A stretch of DNA of 63,795 nucleotides, filler included, from Licmophora abbreviata (lineage: Eukaryota): NCBI GenBank assembly GCA_900291995.1. It is 15 parts of 15 records of this genome, joined end to end, with 100 filler letters (N's around TTAATTAATTAA, not from the genome) between each part and the next. Parts side by side here need not be neighbours in the genome. Positions count along the whole stretch, not along the records: positions 1 to 7,372 come from OLMU01000832.1; positions 7,473 to 11,180 come from OLMU01000834.1; 13 more parts are not named here. One strand, given 5' to 3'. Numbering within the stretch: the stretch's first letter is position 1; each line of letters starts with the position of its first letter. Position numbers and translations under genes: made by a program. The notes under the pieces are model-generated. The model had not been told where the DNA came from, made no database searches, and saw nothing but the letters and a program-made list of their open reading frames with translations. Of this stretch, positions 1 through 10,010 are shown piece after piece.

Positions 1-77
1 CGAAGTTTGGATTGTGGATGCCATTAGCCTCATTAAAACGTTAGAGAACTTCCTGCTGCGTCTCTTGCTTTCTGCCC

Positions 78-2375
78 ATGCTGTCGAGGATGCCCCGACA
101 CCACTCCCGACTCTACGTTTCTGCTACTTCGTTGCTGTCTCCTCGATTTGCCACAGCCTTGTTGGCGTTGACATCGTTTTCACCGCAGTCGACGGTCCTC
201 TGCTTCTCCGCTCCCACTACCAACTTTCTATCGACATCACGATCCTTCTTCGCCGACAAACGGATCGGCTTATTTCGGGGTGGGTCCAGTACTCCTCTGA
301 CCAAACGATTCAGTGCCACGACGGACGAAATGACAGAAACAACAACGACGCCCATGACGGCCAGCGGCAAACTTACCGCGCTTCGCGGCAAGCTCGACGA
401 ACTCAATCTCGACGTGTACCTTGTACCGGTCAGTCAATCTGCAAACATATTCTAAGGGGTCAAAACTGGTTTAAAGATTTGCGTACTCACACCTTACTCA
501 TACTCACTACGCTTATTTTAGTCTGACGATCCGCATCTCTCCGAATACACGCCCGACGCCTACAAGCGTCGTGCCTTTCTCACGGCCTTCCAAGGAAGTG
601 CCGGGACGGCGATTGTCACCAAAGATGAAGCCTTCTTGTGGACTGACTCGCGATACTTTAACGAAGCCAACTTGCAGCTGGATGGGGACTTTTGGACACT
701 GATGAAGGCGGGACAGCCAAAAGTGCCGACCATACCAAAGTGGCTAGGCGAACTCGCTGTCAAGTACTACAAGACACACAACAAGCCGCTGCAAGTCGGC
801 ATGGATCCATTTGTGCATGCTGCGTCATTTGCCAAGGATGTCAAAGACGCCTTTGTCTCTGAAGCGGAAGCGGAAGGCATTGAAGATTCAATCATCGTGG
901 GAGAGCTGAACACGGGAAACGAGAATCTAATTGACGGCATTTGGGGTAGTGAGCGCCCTCCCATTCCGACGTCTCCATTTCGTGTGCACCCCATGGAGTA
1001 TGCTGGCATGTCAGTGAGTCAAAAGGTGGGAGAGATCCGCAAGGAGATGGAAGCGAAAAAGGCAACGCTGGGTGTCTTTTGTACGCTGGACGATGTAGCG
1101 TATCTGCTCAATCTTCGAGCCATGGGTGACGTCGAAACGTGTCCGGTGGGTATTGCGTATGCGACAGTGTCAAAGGAAAGCATCACTTTGTATTGCGACA
1201 GTGCCAAGGTTCAGTCTTCTGAGGTGCAAGAACACTTATCCGAAGTGACCATCAAGCCGTACGACGACATTGTTTCGGATATTGAGGCGCACTGCCATGA
1301 CTCTACAACCAACAAGGTGTGGCTCGACAAGTCGCGTGCCAACTATGCGTTGAGTGCCGTCATTCCGGAAAAGAGTTTAGTGGACGCGCAGAATGCCGTG
1401 ACGCCCATGAAGGCATGCAAGAACCAAGCCGAGTTGGAAGGCATGCGCAGAGCGCACATTGTGGATGGTGCCGCAATGGCCGAGTTCATGAGCTGGCTCG
1501 GGAATGAGATTGTTGTAGAGGGTCGCAGCGTAAGCGAGGTTGAAGTCGATCTCAAGCTCACTGGGTATCGTGCCAAGCAGCCGGGGTTCCTCGAAGTCAG
1601 TTTCCCGACGATTGCCGGAGTGGGAAGTAATGGGGCTATTATTCACTATCGTGCCAAGGAAGACGATCTGATGCAGTACCTCGATACATCGAAACCTATC
1701 CTCATTGACAGCGGTGGACAGTACGAGTACGGAACTACGGACGTGACGCGAACATGGCACCTTGGAGAAGCAACGTCGGAATTCAAGGACTACTACACGC
1801 GCGTCTTGAAAGGGAACATTGGTGTCGACACGATGGTGTTTCCCGAAAACACGCCAGGATTCGTTGTAGATGTATTTGCTCGAAAGTCGCTATGGGAGGG
1901 CGGCAAGGATTATGGTCACGGTACGGGGCATGGAGTTGGAGCCGCGCTGAACGTCCACGAGGGACCGCATTCGATTAGTCCACGATGGGCAAACAAAGAA
2001 GTTCTTAAGAAAGGTATGATTGTGAGCAACGAGCCTGGCTATTACGAGGACGGTAACTTCGGGATACGTATCGAGAATCTTCTGGAGATTAGCTACGTCA
2101 AACCAGAACACAACGTCGAAAAGAAAGACGACGAAGCAGAAGCCGAGTCGGCAAAATCTTCTGACAAAAAGTTCCTGAAGTTCGACAAGCTGACGATGAT
2201 TCCAATTCAGAAGAATCTAATCAACATGGACTTGATGACTAGCGCTGAACTCGACTGGCTCGACGAGTATCACACCGAGGTACTCGCTAAAGTTTCCCCT
2301 CTCCTCAAGACCGACAGCCCAGCCATGAAATGGCTTCAGAAGTCTTGCGAAAGGATTGATCGAAGAGGACTCTAA
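78..2375 (+). CDS. Xaa-Pro aminopeptidase P (M24B), N-terminal organelle-targeting extension; exons 78-428, 522-2375
   Basis: Spliced DVYLVP|SDDPHLSEY; GT-AG intron 429-521; motifs GAIIHY, LIDSGGQY..GTTDVTRT, YGHGTGHGVG..LNVHEGP, SNEPGYY..G.FGIRIEN. Confidence 0.93.
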
Positions 2376-2443
2376 TATCGAGTTAGTCCTTCTGATTGTA
2401 CTGCATCTATTACTATATTTTTACTGCCATCAGCGCATGATGG

Positions 2444-5227
2444 CTAGACTGTCTGGTACATTTCGCTCCAGAGCACGGCCGCCTTTGCAGGTCTGCGTCG
2501 CTCGTCGTTCACAATGTCTTCCAGAATGTCTTCATGCTTGTCCAAGAACATGAAACAACCGTCACAACGAGACGCCCCGAGGAGGTCGTCCCTATCCACT
2601 CCGAATGCTGACTGTCGCGAAGCACTTGACGACAGAGCGAACGCTCCTGAAAGCATATTTATTCTATATCCCAGTGCAGCGAGCTGCGCTAGACGCATAC
2701 CATTATAGCATTGGGTACCACCAAACTCCTCCACCTCGCGAGCAAGCTCCACTGTTCTCATCCCACGTCGCGGGCCAAGACTATCAACCATCATTACCGG
2801 TGAGATATCCAATGAAAATAGTTCAAAGTGTCCTTCGGACGTAAGTAGGCGTTCAAACGAGACTTGCATGTCATCGCATTCCATCGTCAACTCGCGGAGA
2901 CCGGCATCGTCGTCAAACATTAGATGGCCATTAATCTCGGCAAAAGTCAGTTTCCACCACAGCTCGTACAATGTCACGAAGATAGCGTTGGAGCTCTCTT
3001 CAGGATCCTCACAATCGCCGCCCTTCTCAAAGTCGTCCGGCTGATGTATTGGAGGTTCTTCCTTTAACTTGATATCCACGAGACTCTTGAGAGGGAAGTC
3101 TGTGTTCAATTCCGGACCGTGCTTGACTGAGAACTGTGGCACCACAAAAACGTTACCAGTCGTCCCAGTGTACACTGCCGACTTGCGAAGCGCAAACATG
3201 GACGCCTCACTAGACAGTATCATTCCTCTCTCGATCTCCAAGCCAGTGACAACCCATCGCGTTGGAGCAGCGTCATACGCCATGTTGACTAGCGCCTTTC
3301 GACTCACGAGATTATCATCCTCTCCCATTATCAACGCGACGAGACAAACGTCAAGTTCCACTGGGTCCAAGCGGCTGCGAATCCTCGACGCTGCCTCAGG
3401 GAGCCCTCCGGCAACGTGAATGACTAATACGCACGGTTGACCCTGCCACGCACGGATGTTGGCCATGGCGATTTCCAATACACGGTCGAGCGCGGCATGA
3501 CTTGCTGCCTGTTGTAGTGTTATCTGCAGGGTCAAGGATAGAGTCACTTCGTGTTTCGCGTCGACCTGATTCCAAACGGGAGCTCCGTGCAGAACTTCTA
3601 CTGTTCGCCGGTCTTGCCACGACACGCTCTTTTCGCATTGTGGGGCCGGAGGCCGAGGAGGCACTTTGCGCGGCCCTGACCGAAGACAATACCGGTGGCT
3701 AGGTAGCTGCGATCTGTCAACACCGGCTTTCCATCGGGAAATGTACTCACCGAGCGGAGTCGCGAGAGATGGTCCTCGCCACTCGTGTCCTTGATGCGGC
3801 AGTAGCGGGATGGCGCCTTCCTTGGCAATTACCCATCCAAGTGCGTCGGTAGATCGATGCACCGAGGCGAGCTGGCCAGAACGATAATATCGCTTCCATT
3901 CCTGGAAGTGAAAGAAAGGCGCCGATCTCGTTTTCCCTGGAAGCTCAGTGTTCTCGAATCTTTGCTTGTAGAGCGTCCCATCAATCCAAAACAAGGTGTC
4001 GCTTTCTTTCACTCCCTTCGGCATGCAAATCGTTTCTTGGTACTTTTCCTGAACCCAATACATGCAGTTTGACGAGGCGTTCGTTTCATCTCGTTTCACG
4101 ACTTCCCTCGAACCAAGCTCGTGCTGTAACGGCCGCCGCTCGCGCGACCCATACATGTTGTCGCGCTGCTCAAACCACGTGGGCGACAGGTGTAGGAGTG
4201 ACCTCCCATCGACATGACTACCGGCCTTGTAAATGACAGATCGATCTTTGTTCGAGCCGATTCCCAAGTAAAGTCCATGAGTCGCTGCCGTATCGTTGTC
4301 ACTGATATCATTGAAGGCCTTGACAGCATACTTGATCCGCACATCCGTCTGCTGCAGTACAACCTGCGAATAGCATCCCTCTGCTGACTCGACATGCAAC
4401 TTCTTCTTCCCTTCCAGTACCTTGGCAAAGCGGACGTCCATTTCCGAAAGATATGTGCAATTACGCCATAACTGATTTATACGGGGGGTATTCCTGTGAA
4501 TTGTGAACTGCCCTCGTAGATAGATGCGATGTTGATCACCGTATCCATAGGTGACAATGTCGAATTCTACAAGTTCCTCCGGCGTAATCCACCGAGGTAA
4601 GTCGCCGAAGACAATGTCCAGATCCGAGTAACCCCAATGGGAGTAATCTTGCAGAATATCGTCAAAGATATGCCCCAAGGCTGGTTTGAACTCGACCAGT
4701 ACATATGGATAGTAGTGAATGTGTTTCGAGACGATGTTGGCAAGGCGCGCTAGCGACCCAACTTGGAGCTCGTCGGATGGCCGTGTGTCAACGACCCTCA
4801 TTAGTCTTTCCACAAAAGCCTCAGTCGATCCCAGACTAATCATCTTTACATTGGGAGGAACATAATCGTGATAATGATCGAGAACACCATTATGAACGAG
4901 CAAAAAGTCCACCAAACTGGCCGAGCCTGCCGCTGCGGTACAAAACAGATTCATATAGGATGGGATGGACTCTGCTGTTTCTCCCACGAAGGGAATCACA
5001 ATTGCAATCCGATACTGCTTCTTTCCACGAAACGATGAAGGACTTATACGATGGGAAGCAAGAAAGGATGACTTGGAAGATGCTTGTAGGACCGCCGATG
5101 ACGACTCGGGCGATGATGTTGTGCTTGTCCAGGGAAGTAAGACCAGCGAGACAAGCAACAGAGACGAAAATCCCAATGCCGCTGCAATAACGGCCCGAAT
5201 ACTTCGTATTCTTCTTCTTCGTCTCAT
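2444..5227 (-). CDS. Type II membrane glycosyltransferase-like protein: DUF6625-like N-half plus GT49 (LARGE/B4GAT1)-like C-half
   Basis: Intronless ~927-codon ORF; poly-Arg + TM anchor; IAIVIPFVG..PSY, WGYSDLDIVFGDL; C-half VTLSLTLQ..WQGQP..KALVNMA..TRWVV..VFVVPQF. Confidence 0.7.
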   Translation of the reverse strand: MRRRRRIRSIRAVIAAALGFSSLLLVSLVLLPWTSTTSSPESSSAVLQASSKSSFLASHRISPSSFRGKKQYRIAIVIPFVGETAESIPSYMNLFCTAAAGSASLVDFLLVHNGVLDHYHDYVPPNVKMISLGSTEAFVERLMRVVDTRPSDELQVGSLARLANIVSKHIHYYPYVLVEFKPALGHIFDDILQDYSHWGYSDLDIVFGDLPRWITPEELVEFDIVTYGYGDQHRIYLRGQFTIHRNTPRINQLWRNCTYLSEMDVRFAKVLEGKKKLHVESAEGCYSQVVLQQTDVRIKYAVKAFNDISDNDTAATHGLYLGIGSNKDRSVIYKAGSHVDGRSLLHLSPTWFEQRDNMYGSRERRPLQHELGSREVVKRDETNASSNCMYWVQEKYQETICMPKGVKESDTLFWIDGTLYKQRFENTELPGKTRSAPFFHFQEWKRYYRSGQLASVHRSTDALGWVIAKEGAIPLLPHQGHEWRGPSLATPLGEYISRWKAGVDRSQLPSHRYCLRSGPRKVPPRPPAPQCEKSVSWQDRRTVEVLHGAPVWNQVDAKHEVTLSLTLQITLQQAASHAALDRVLEIAMANIRAWQGQPCVLVIHVAGGLPEAASRIRSRLDPVELDVCLVALIMGEDDNLVSRKALVNMAYDAAPTRWVVTGLEIERGMILSSEASMFALRKSAVYTGTTGNVFVVPQFSVKHGPELNTDFPLKSLVDIKLKEEPPIHQPDDFEKGGDCEDPEESSNAIFVTLYELWWKLTFAEINGHLMFDDDAGLRELTMECDDMQVSFERLLTSEGHFELFSLDISPVMMVDSLGPRRGMRTVELAREVEEFGGTQCYNGMRLAQLAALGYRINMLSGAFALSSSASRQSAFGVDRDDLLGASRCDGCFMFLDKHEDILEDIVNDERRRPAKAAVLWSEMYQTV

Positions 5228-5554
5228 CGTCAAGCAGACCAATAACGCAGCACCGATTTAGCCACGATAGAGGGCGGCAATGGCAGGATCAAAGAGCCGC
5301 TACAAACACCGTGGTGTGGTGATGCGGTGTGTCGTCTCATGAGATTTCAGATTTTGACAAGAAAATCAACCAAATTTGACGTACGCCTGGCAGACTCTGT
5401 CGGCGCCAAGTTTTTGGGGCCCGTAGGATCACTACCATGGTCTCTGTAGGTTTGCAATTTGGAAGGCGAACAACGAAGACGATCATCGAGATTCGAAATT
5501 CTCCTTTTCCGTCATGTTGAATGAGTATATGATTACACTTCATCGCAGCGTGCC

Positions 5555-6400
5555 ATGCATCTCTTGTTACTGCTGCCTCTCTTTGTTCTCTTCTTGTCTG
5601 CTTCATCCATCATGGCCATGAATATCGTCATTACCGGTGCAAATCGCGGTCTGGGCCTCGAAATGGTCAAGCAGCTTCATGCTCGGCCGACGGCGTCCAA
5701 GATCTACGCTCTTTGCCGCAAGACTACTGACCAGTTGTCGTCGGTGGCCGCTGTCGAGAGTTCAACGAACGAGTCGTCAATTGTTATTGTGGAAGGCATC
5801 GACGTCAGTCAAGACGAATGTGTTCCAAAATTGAAGTCGACTTTCCAGACGGAAGATAGGGACAACATCGTTCCAATCGATCTATTGATTCACAACGCTG
5901 GTGCCTACGGACCTCCCGATGATTTCGAGACTCCCGCGGCCATGTTCGCCTCCCAGAATCTTGAGACCATCTCCATGGATTGTATGCGCTATGCCTTGGA
6001 GCTCAACACCCTCGGCCCACTTCGTGTCACACAAGGACTCCTACCCAATTTGCGGGCTGCCAAGTCTGCCAAAATCATCGTCATCTCGTCTCTCATGGGG
6101 AGTATGACGGACAATACATCGGGATCGTCCTACGGATACCGCACTGCCAAGGCGGCAGTCAATATGATTGGCAAGTCGATGGCGGAGGATCTGAAACAGG
6201 AACAGATTGCTGTCGGTATCGTACATCCGGGCGCGGTCTTTACAGGATTTGGAGGAAACGAAGAGCCTCTTCCGTATCAACGTCCTATCGAACCGTCCGT
6301 TGCTGGAGTATTGGAAGCGATTGATTCTGTGAATGTGGATAACACGGGGTCTTTTTTGCATGGAAACTATGGTGACGGAGTCAAGCCGCTTCCATGGTAG
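5555..6400 (+). CDS. Short-chain dehydrogenase/reductase (CsgA/C-factor-like); start at 5555 (signal peptide) or 5612
   Basis: ITGANRGLG, IDLLIHNAG, ISSLMGS, YRTAK (YxxxK), VHPGAV.T. Confidence 0.9.
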   Translation: MHLLLLLPLFVLFLSASSIMAMNIVITGANRGLGLEMVKQLHARPTASKIYALCRKTTDQLSSVAAVESSTNESSIVIVEGIDVSQDECVPKLKSTFQTEDRDNIVPIDLLIHNAGAYGPPDDFETPAAMFASQNLETISMDCMRYALELNTLGPLRVTQGLLPNLRAAKSAKIIVISSLMGSMTDNTSGSSYGYRTAKAAVNMIGKSMAEDLKQEQIAVGIVHPGAVFTGFGGNEEPLPYQRPIEPSVAGVLEAIDSVNVDNTGSFLHGNYGDGVKPLPW

Positions 6401-6733
6401 TTGAAGCTTGGTTGCTTAGTACGAAGTCGTACTGAAATTCGTAGCAAGGTCTATAGTACTTTAGCAGAGTTGAACACAGTCATTCAGATTTCGCTGAAAG
6501 GTTTCGTTGCTTTCAATACTCCATGCTGTGGTGTTAGAGCCGATTCATGCTGGCTGTCGTTGACATCATCTCTCAGTCTCCCTCGGTGTTATCAAAGTCA
6601 AGGGGAGATGCGGTTCATTCATTCATTTACTTGCGGGGTCGCGAGGTCGGACAGCAGGAAAAAACACGCGACGTCCCTTTGGATCTCGACCACCAAAGCC
6701 TGACATCACATAGCGCCCTTTGGCAAACCGACA

Positions 6734-7372
6734 ATGCGAGTGTTGCTAGTCCAGTCGGCCCTCTTGTGGACTGTCAGCTCCTTTGTTTTGCAGTCGAGAT
6801 CGTTCAACTTGCATTCGTCGCTGTTTCTGACTCCAAATGGCGAGACAATGGCAAAATCCAAAAAACCAAAATTCTACGCTGTTGCTGTAGGAAAGGCGAC
6901 GGGCATCTACAACACGTGGGCCGACTGTGAAAAGCAGGTGAGCGCGATAGGTAGAGCGAGTAGGATGCATCTCTGGGTAACCAAAAGTGACATTCGTGTC
7001 TGGAAGAGTGACGATATTACTCATTCCTGTTCCACATTGCTCCTTACACTCAGACGAAGGGTTTTTCTGGCGCTCGGTTCAAGAGTTTCTCCACTCGCGG
7101 GGAGGCCGAGGACTTTATTCGTTTGAACAGCAGCAAGCCGACGCATGCCTCAGAAGGACCTGATGTCAAACGACGAAAACTTGGTGATACTGCCGTACTG
7201 TGTTGGATGGCAATTGAGATGTATTTTGACGGTGGCTCGCGGGGCAATCCTGGCGTAGCTGGATCTGGAGCCACGATTTTTGTCACAACGCCAGAATCGG
7301 CTACGCGGGAAAAAACGGAAGTCCGCATGTACCTTGGAACCAAGGCTACTAATAACGAAGCCGAGTATCAGG
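6734..7372 (+). CDS. RNase H1 (hybrid-binding domain + RNase HI domain), 3' end lost in gap; exons 6734-6937, 7054->7372
   Basis: KFYAVAVGKATGIYNTWADCEKQ|TKGFSGARFKSF (intron 6938-7053); YFDGGSRGNPGVAGSG and TNNEAEY; N-terminal VSS-F presequence. Confidence 0.9.
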
Positions 7373-7472
7373 NNNNNNNNNNNNNNNNNNNNNNNNNNNN
7401 NNNNNNNNNNNNNNNNTTAATTAATTAANNNNNNNNNNNNNNNNNNNNNNNNNNNNNNNNNNNNNNNNNNNN
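7373..7472. other. Artificial scaffold linker (N44-TTAATTAATTAA-N44); identical linkers at 11181-11280, 12759-12858, 15103-15202, 17847-17946, 20652-20751, 22939-23038, 28462-28561, 31407-31506, 42983-43082, 48032-48131, 56664-56763, 60477-60576, 62090-62189
   Basis: Fourteen identical 100-nt blocks; the core places a stop codon in all six frames. Confidence 0.98.
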
Positions 7473-7686
7473 CCAACTTGCTGATTTCTGATTTCGCGGG
7501 CTTCTCTCAGCGCCGCCGACGGAAATCGATATGGATTCTGACACGTCATCGTGGCGTCAGCGCCCTATTACTGGCAAGTACGTGTGGTCGACTGAGAAAG
7601 ATGGAAGATGATCTCGGGAGGCACGCAGTGCTCCATCACCATTTCATAGCAAGGAGGTCGACATGGTGGGAGTCACGCCGTTTAGC

Positions 7687-9426
7687 ATGTCGATCAGCTT
7701 TTCCCCGGGACTCGTATTGGCGCTGCTCGGCTTGAGCTTGGCATCTGGTTTCTTGACGAGCCGAATCTCATCGACAAGGAGAGGCATACAAGCATCTCAC
7801 CCTCTTTGGAACACTCATGGTCATGATGCATGGGGCGATTTCAATGCAACTTCAACCAGAAAGAAGGTCACTGTTATTGGCGCCGGCTGGGGAGGCCTCT
7901 CTGTTGCGCATGCGCTGTCAAAGGATGGCGCCGATGTTACTGTGGTCGATGCCACGCCTCGCGTTGGCGGTCTCGTACGCGATGGGTTCCGGACCATGTC
8001 TGGTGCCAGACCGGCCGAAGCTGGACAGCACGGGTTTTGGGACAACTATCACAACATTTTTAATCTTCTAGAGAATGAGGTGCCTTTGCTTGACATTGAT
8101 GACGTCTTGACTGACTATGCGGAGCAAGGCCAATACTCACCCGACGGCCTCGAGGCTGTGTGGCCGGTGTACAGAGATCAGAGTCCCAGTCTTCCGACGG
8201 GGCTAGCGCAAGCGTTGCATACCCGATTTACGAATCTACCAGTGTGGGATCGCGCTACAGCGTTTCCTTTGGTACTCGCATTCTCAGAGTTTGACGACTC
8301 GAAGGAGGCCTGGGCTAAGTACGACGAGATTTCGTTTCGCGACCTCTGCACTCGTCTTGGCGTGTCGCGCAGATGCTACGAGGAGGCATTTGAGCCCATG
8401 ATTTTGACTGGACTGTTTGCTCCTGGTGGAGCATGCAGTGCAGCTGCTGCGATGGGGATGGCGTACTTCTTTGTGCTCAAGAGCCAAAACTCATTCGATG
8501 TACGGTGGTGCAGAGGGAACGTCGGCGACAAGATTTTTGATCCCTGGGTCAAGGACATGGAGAATCGGGGAGTCAAGTTTCTGACATCAACTAAAGTCGT
8601 TGAATTTTCTACCACTATAGACTCGAAGACGGGGCGGATAACCGAAGTCATCGCGCAATCTAACGGCGGAAAGAAAGCCGTCCTCGAGTCTGACACGGTC
8701 GTGTTTGCCATCGGGGCAGCAGCGCTGAACGCGATGGTTCGAAACAGCCCAGAGCTTGCTAAATATGAAGAGTTTCGACGATTTGCGAACTTGCGTGGGA
8801 CAGGTGTGCTGGCGACGAGACTCTATCTGGATCAGACGATCGAGACGCCGTACAGTGCGAACGCATGTTGGGGGTTTGACCGGGGCGTGGGCATGACATT
8901 TTTTGATATCACCAAGCTGCACGGAGTAAACAATCCTACGGTTCTGAACGCCCCAGGAAGTGTGATCGAAGTTGACTATTACCACGCTGGATCGTTGTTG
9001 GTGATGGACGACGACACGATCGTTGCGAAAGCGAAGCGAGATCTGGATACGATGTTGGGGAGCAGGAGTCAGAACGCCAGAGTGACTGATGCTGCTGTCG
9101 TTCGACTCCCCCAAGCTGTAAACTGGTACTATCCGGGCTCGTACGTGGATATGCCAGACTTGAAGTCCGACTCAATTGACAATGCATACTTTGTCGGTGA
9201 CCTTGTGAGATCGAGGCATGGGTCGTGGTCGCAAGAAAAGGCTTTTGTCACTGGGGTGGAAGCCGCCAATGCAATATTAGGGAGACCTGAAGGCACAGAT
9301 ATTATTCCTCTTTCCGATGACGAGCCTCACGTTGCGTTCGGACGACGAGCCGTCGCTAAGGGAAAGGAGTTTCTTGGAATGGGTGATCCATCAAGAGCGC
9401 CCTCCCTTGTCGACTTTTTGTGGTAA
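7687..9426 (+). CDS. Plastid-targeted FAD-dependent oxidoreductase (amine oxidase/carotene desaturase superfamily)
   Basis: LASG-F presequence; VIGAGWGGL FAD motif; EAGQHGFW; YFVGD..RHGSWSQEKAFVTG.EAAN. Confidence 0.85.
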   Translation: MSISFSPGLVLALLGLSLASGFLTSRISSTRRGIQASHPLWNTHGHDAWGDFNATSTRKKVTVIGAGWGGLSVAHALSKDGADVTVVDATPRVGGLVRDGFRTMSGARPAEAGQHGFWDNYHNIFNLLENEVPLLDIDDVLTDYAEQGQYSPDGLEAVWPVYRDQSPSLPTGLAQALHTRFTNLPVWDRATAFPLVLAFSEFDDSKEAWAKYDEISFRDLCTRLGVSRRCYEEAFEPMILTGLFAPGGACSAAAAMGMAYFFVLKSQNSFDVRWCRGNVGDKIFDPWVKDMENRGVKFLTSTKVVEFSTTIDSKTGRITEVIAQSNGGKKAVLESDTVVFAIGAAALNAMVRNSPELAKYEEFRRFANLRGTGVLATRLYLDQTIETPYSANACWGFDRGVGMTFFDITKLHGVNNPTVLNAPGSVIEVDYYHAGSLLVMDDDTIVAKAKRDLDTMLGSRSQNARVTDAAVVRLPQAVNWYYPGSYVDMPDLKSDSIDNAYFVGDLVRSRHGSWSQEKAFVTGVEAANAILGRPEGTDIIPLSDDEPHVAFGRRAVAKGKEFLGMGDPSRAPSLVDFLW

Positions 9427-10010
9427 CTCTGATCGAAAACCGTTGCGAAGCAATCACTGCCTAATGTGCCCTTAGACTGGTTTGTAAGGGTAAAAAGGAA
9501 CTAGGAAGTAGATGCTAGTATGATATACGAAGCATGTGTGATATTGCAGGAATAGTAACCGACGACTTCACGGTCTCGACTAAACTCATTCCTCGAATGA
9601 TATTATTCACCATTCGATATAAGCGTATATATGTTCGCCCAAAATAGACTGCTTTGGGCGTATTCTCACAAATGGGCGAATTATTGTATGACGTACTTAA
9701 GGTATGAATAAAATATCTCTGGTTAAATAGAATACGCCCAATCGCCAGAAAAGGTATCCTTCGATACGATTTGGCGCGCCACGAAGAACTTTCGGCGCCA
9801 AACTTGAAGGCAAAATTGAAACACTACTGACGCGAAACTCATGATCTTCATTAAAGACGACCGGAGGTATAAATTGCCCTCGACTGACAAGTAAGAATCG
9901 ACTTTCGTTTGGTCTGAGGTTCAAGTCGCCAGTCTTGTTGAAGGCCCAACACGTCATCTCGAACCTCGAGGTTTCTACAAATTGCTCGAGGTCGCCCATC
10001 CGAGAAACTC

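Noticed and set aside
6734..7372. RNase H as part of a retrotransposon
   Set aside because: It has an intron, presequence and hybrid-binding domain, with no RT, integrase or LTR visible
7417..7428. Recurrent TTAATTAATTAA palindrome as a repeat, CRISPR or regulatory element
   Set aside because: It is always centred in an identical N block and gives stops in six frames, so it is an assembly linker
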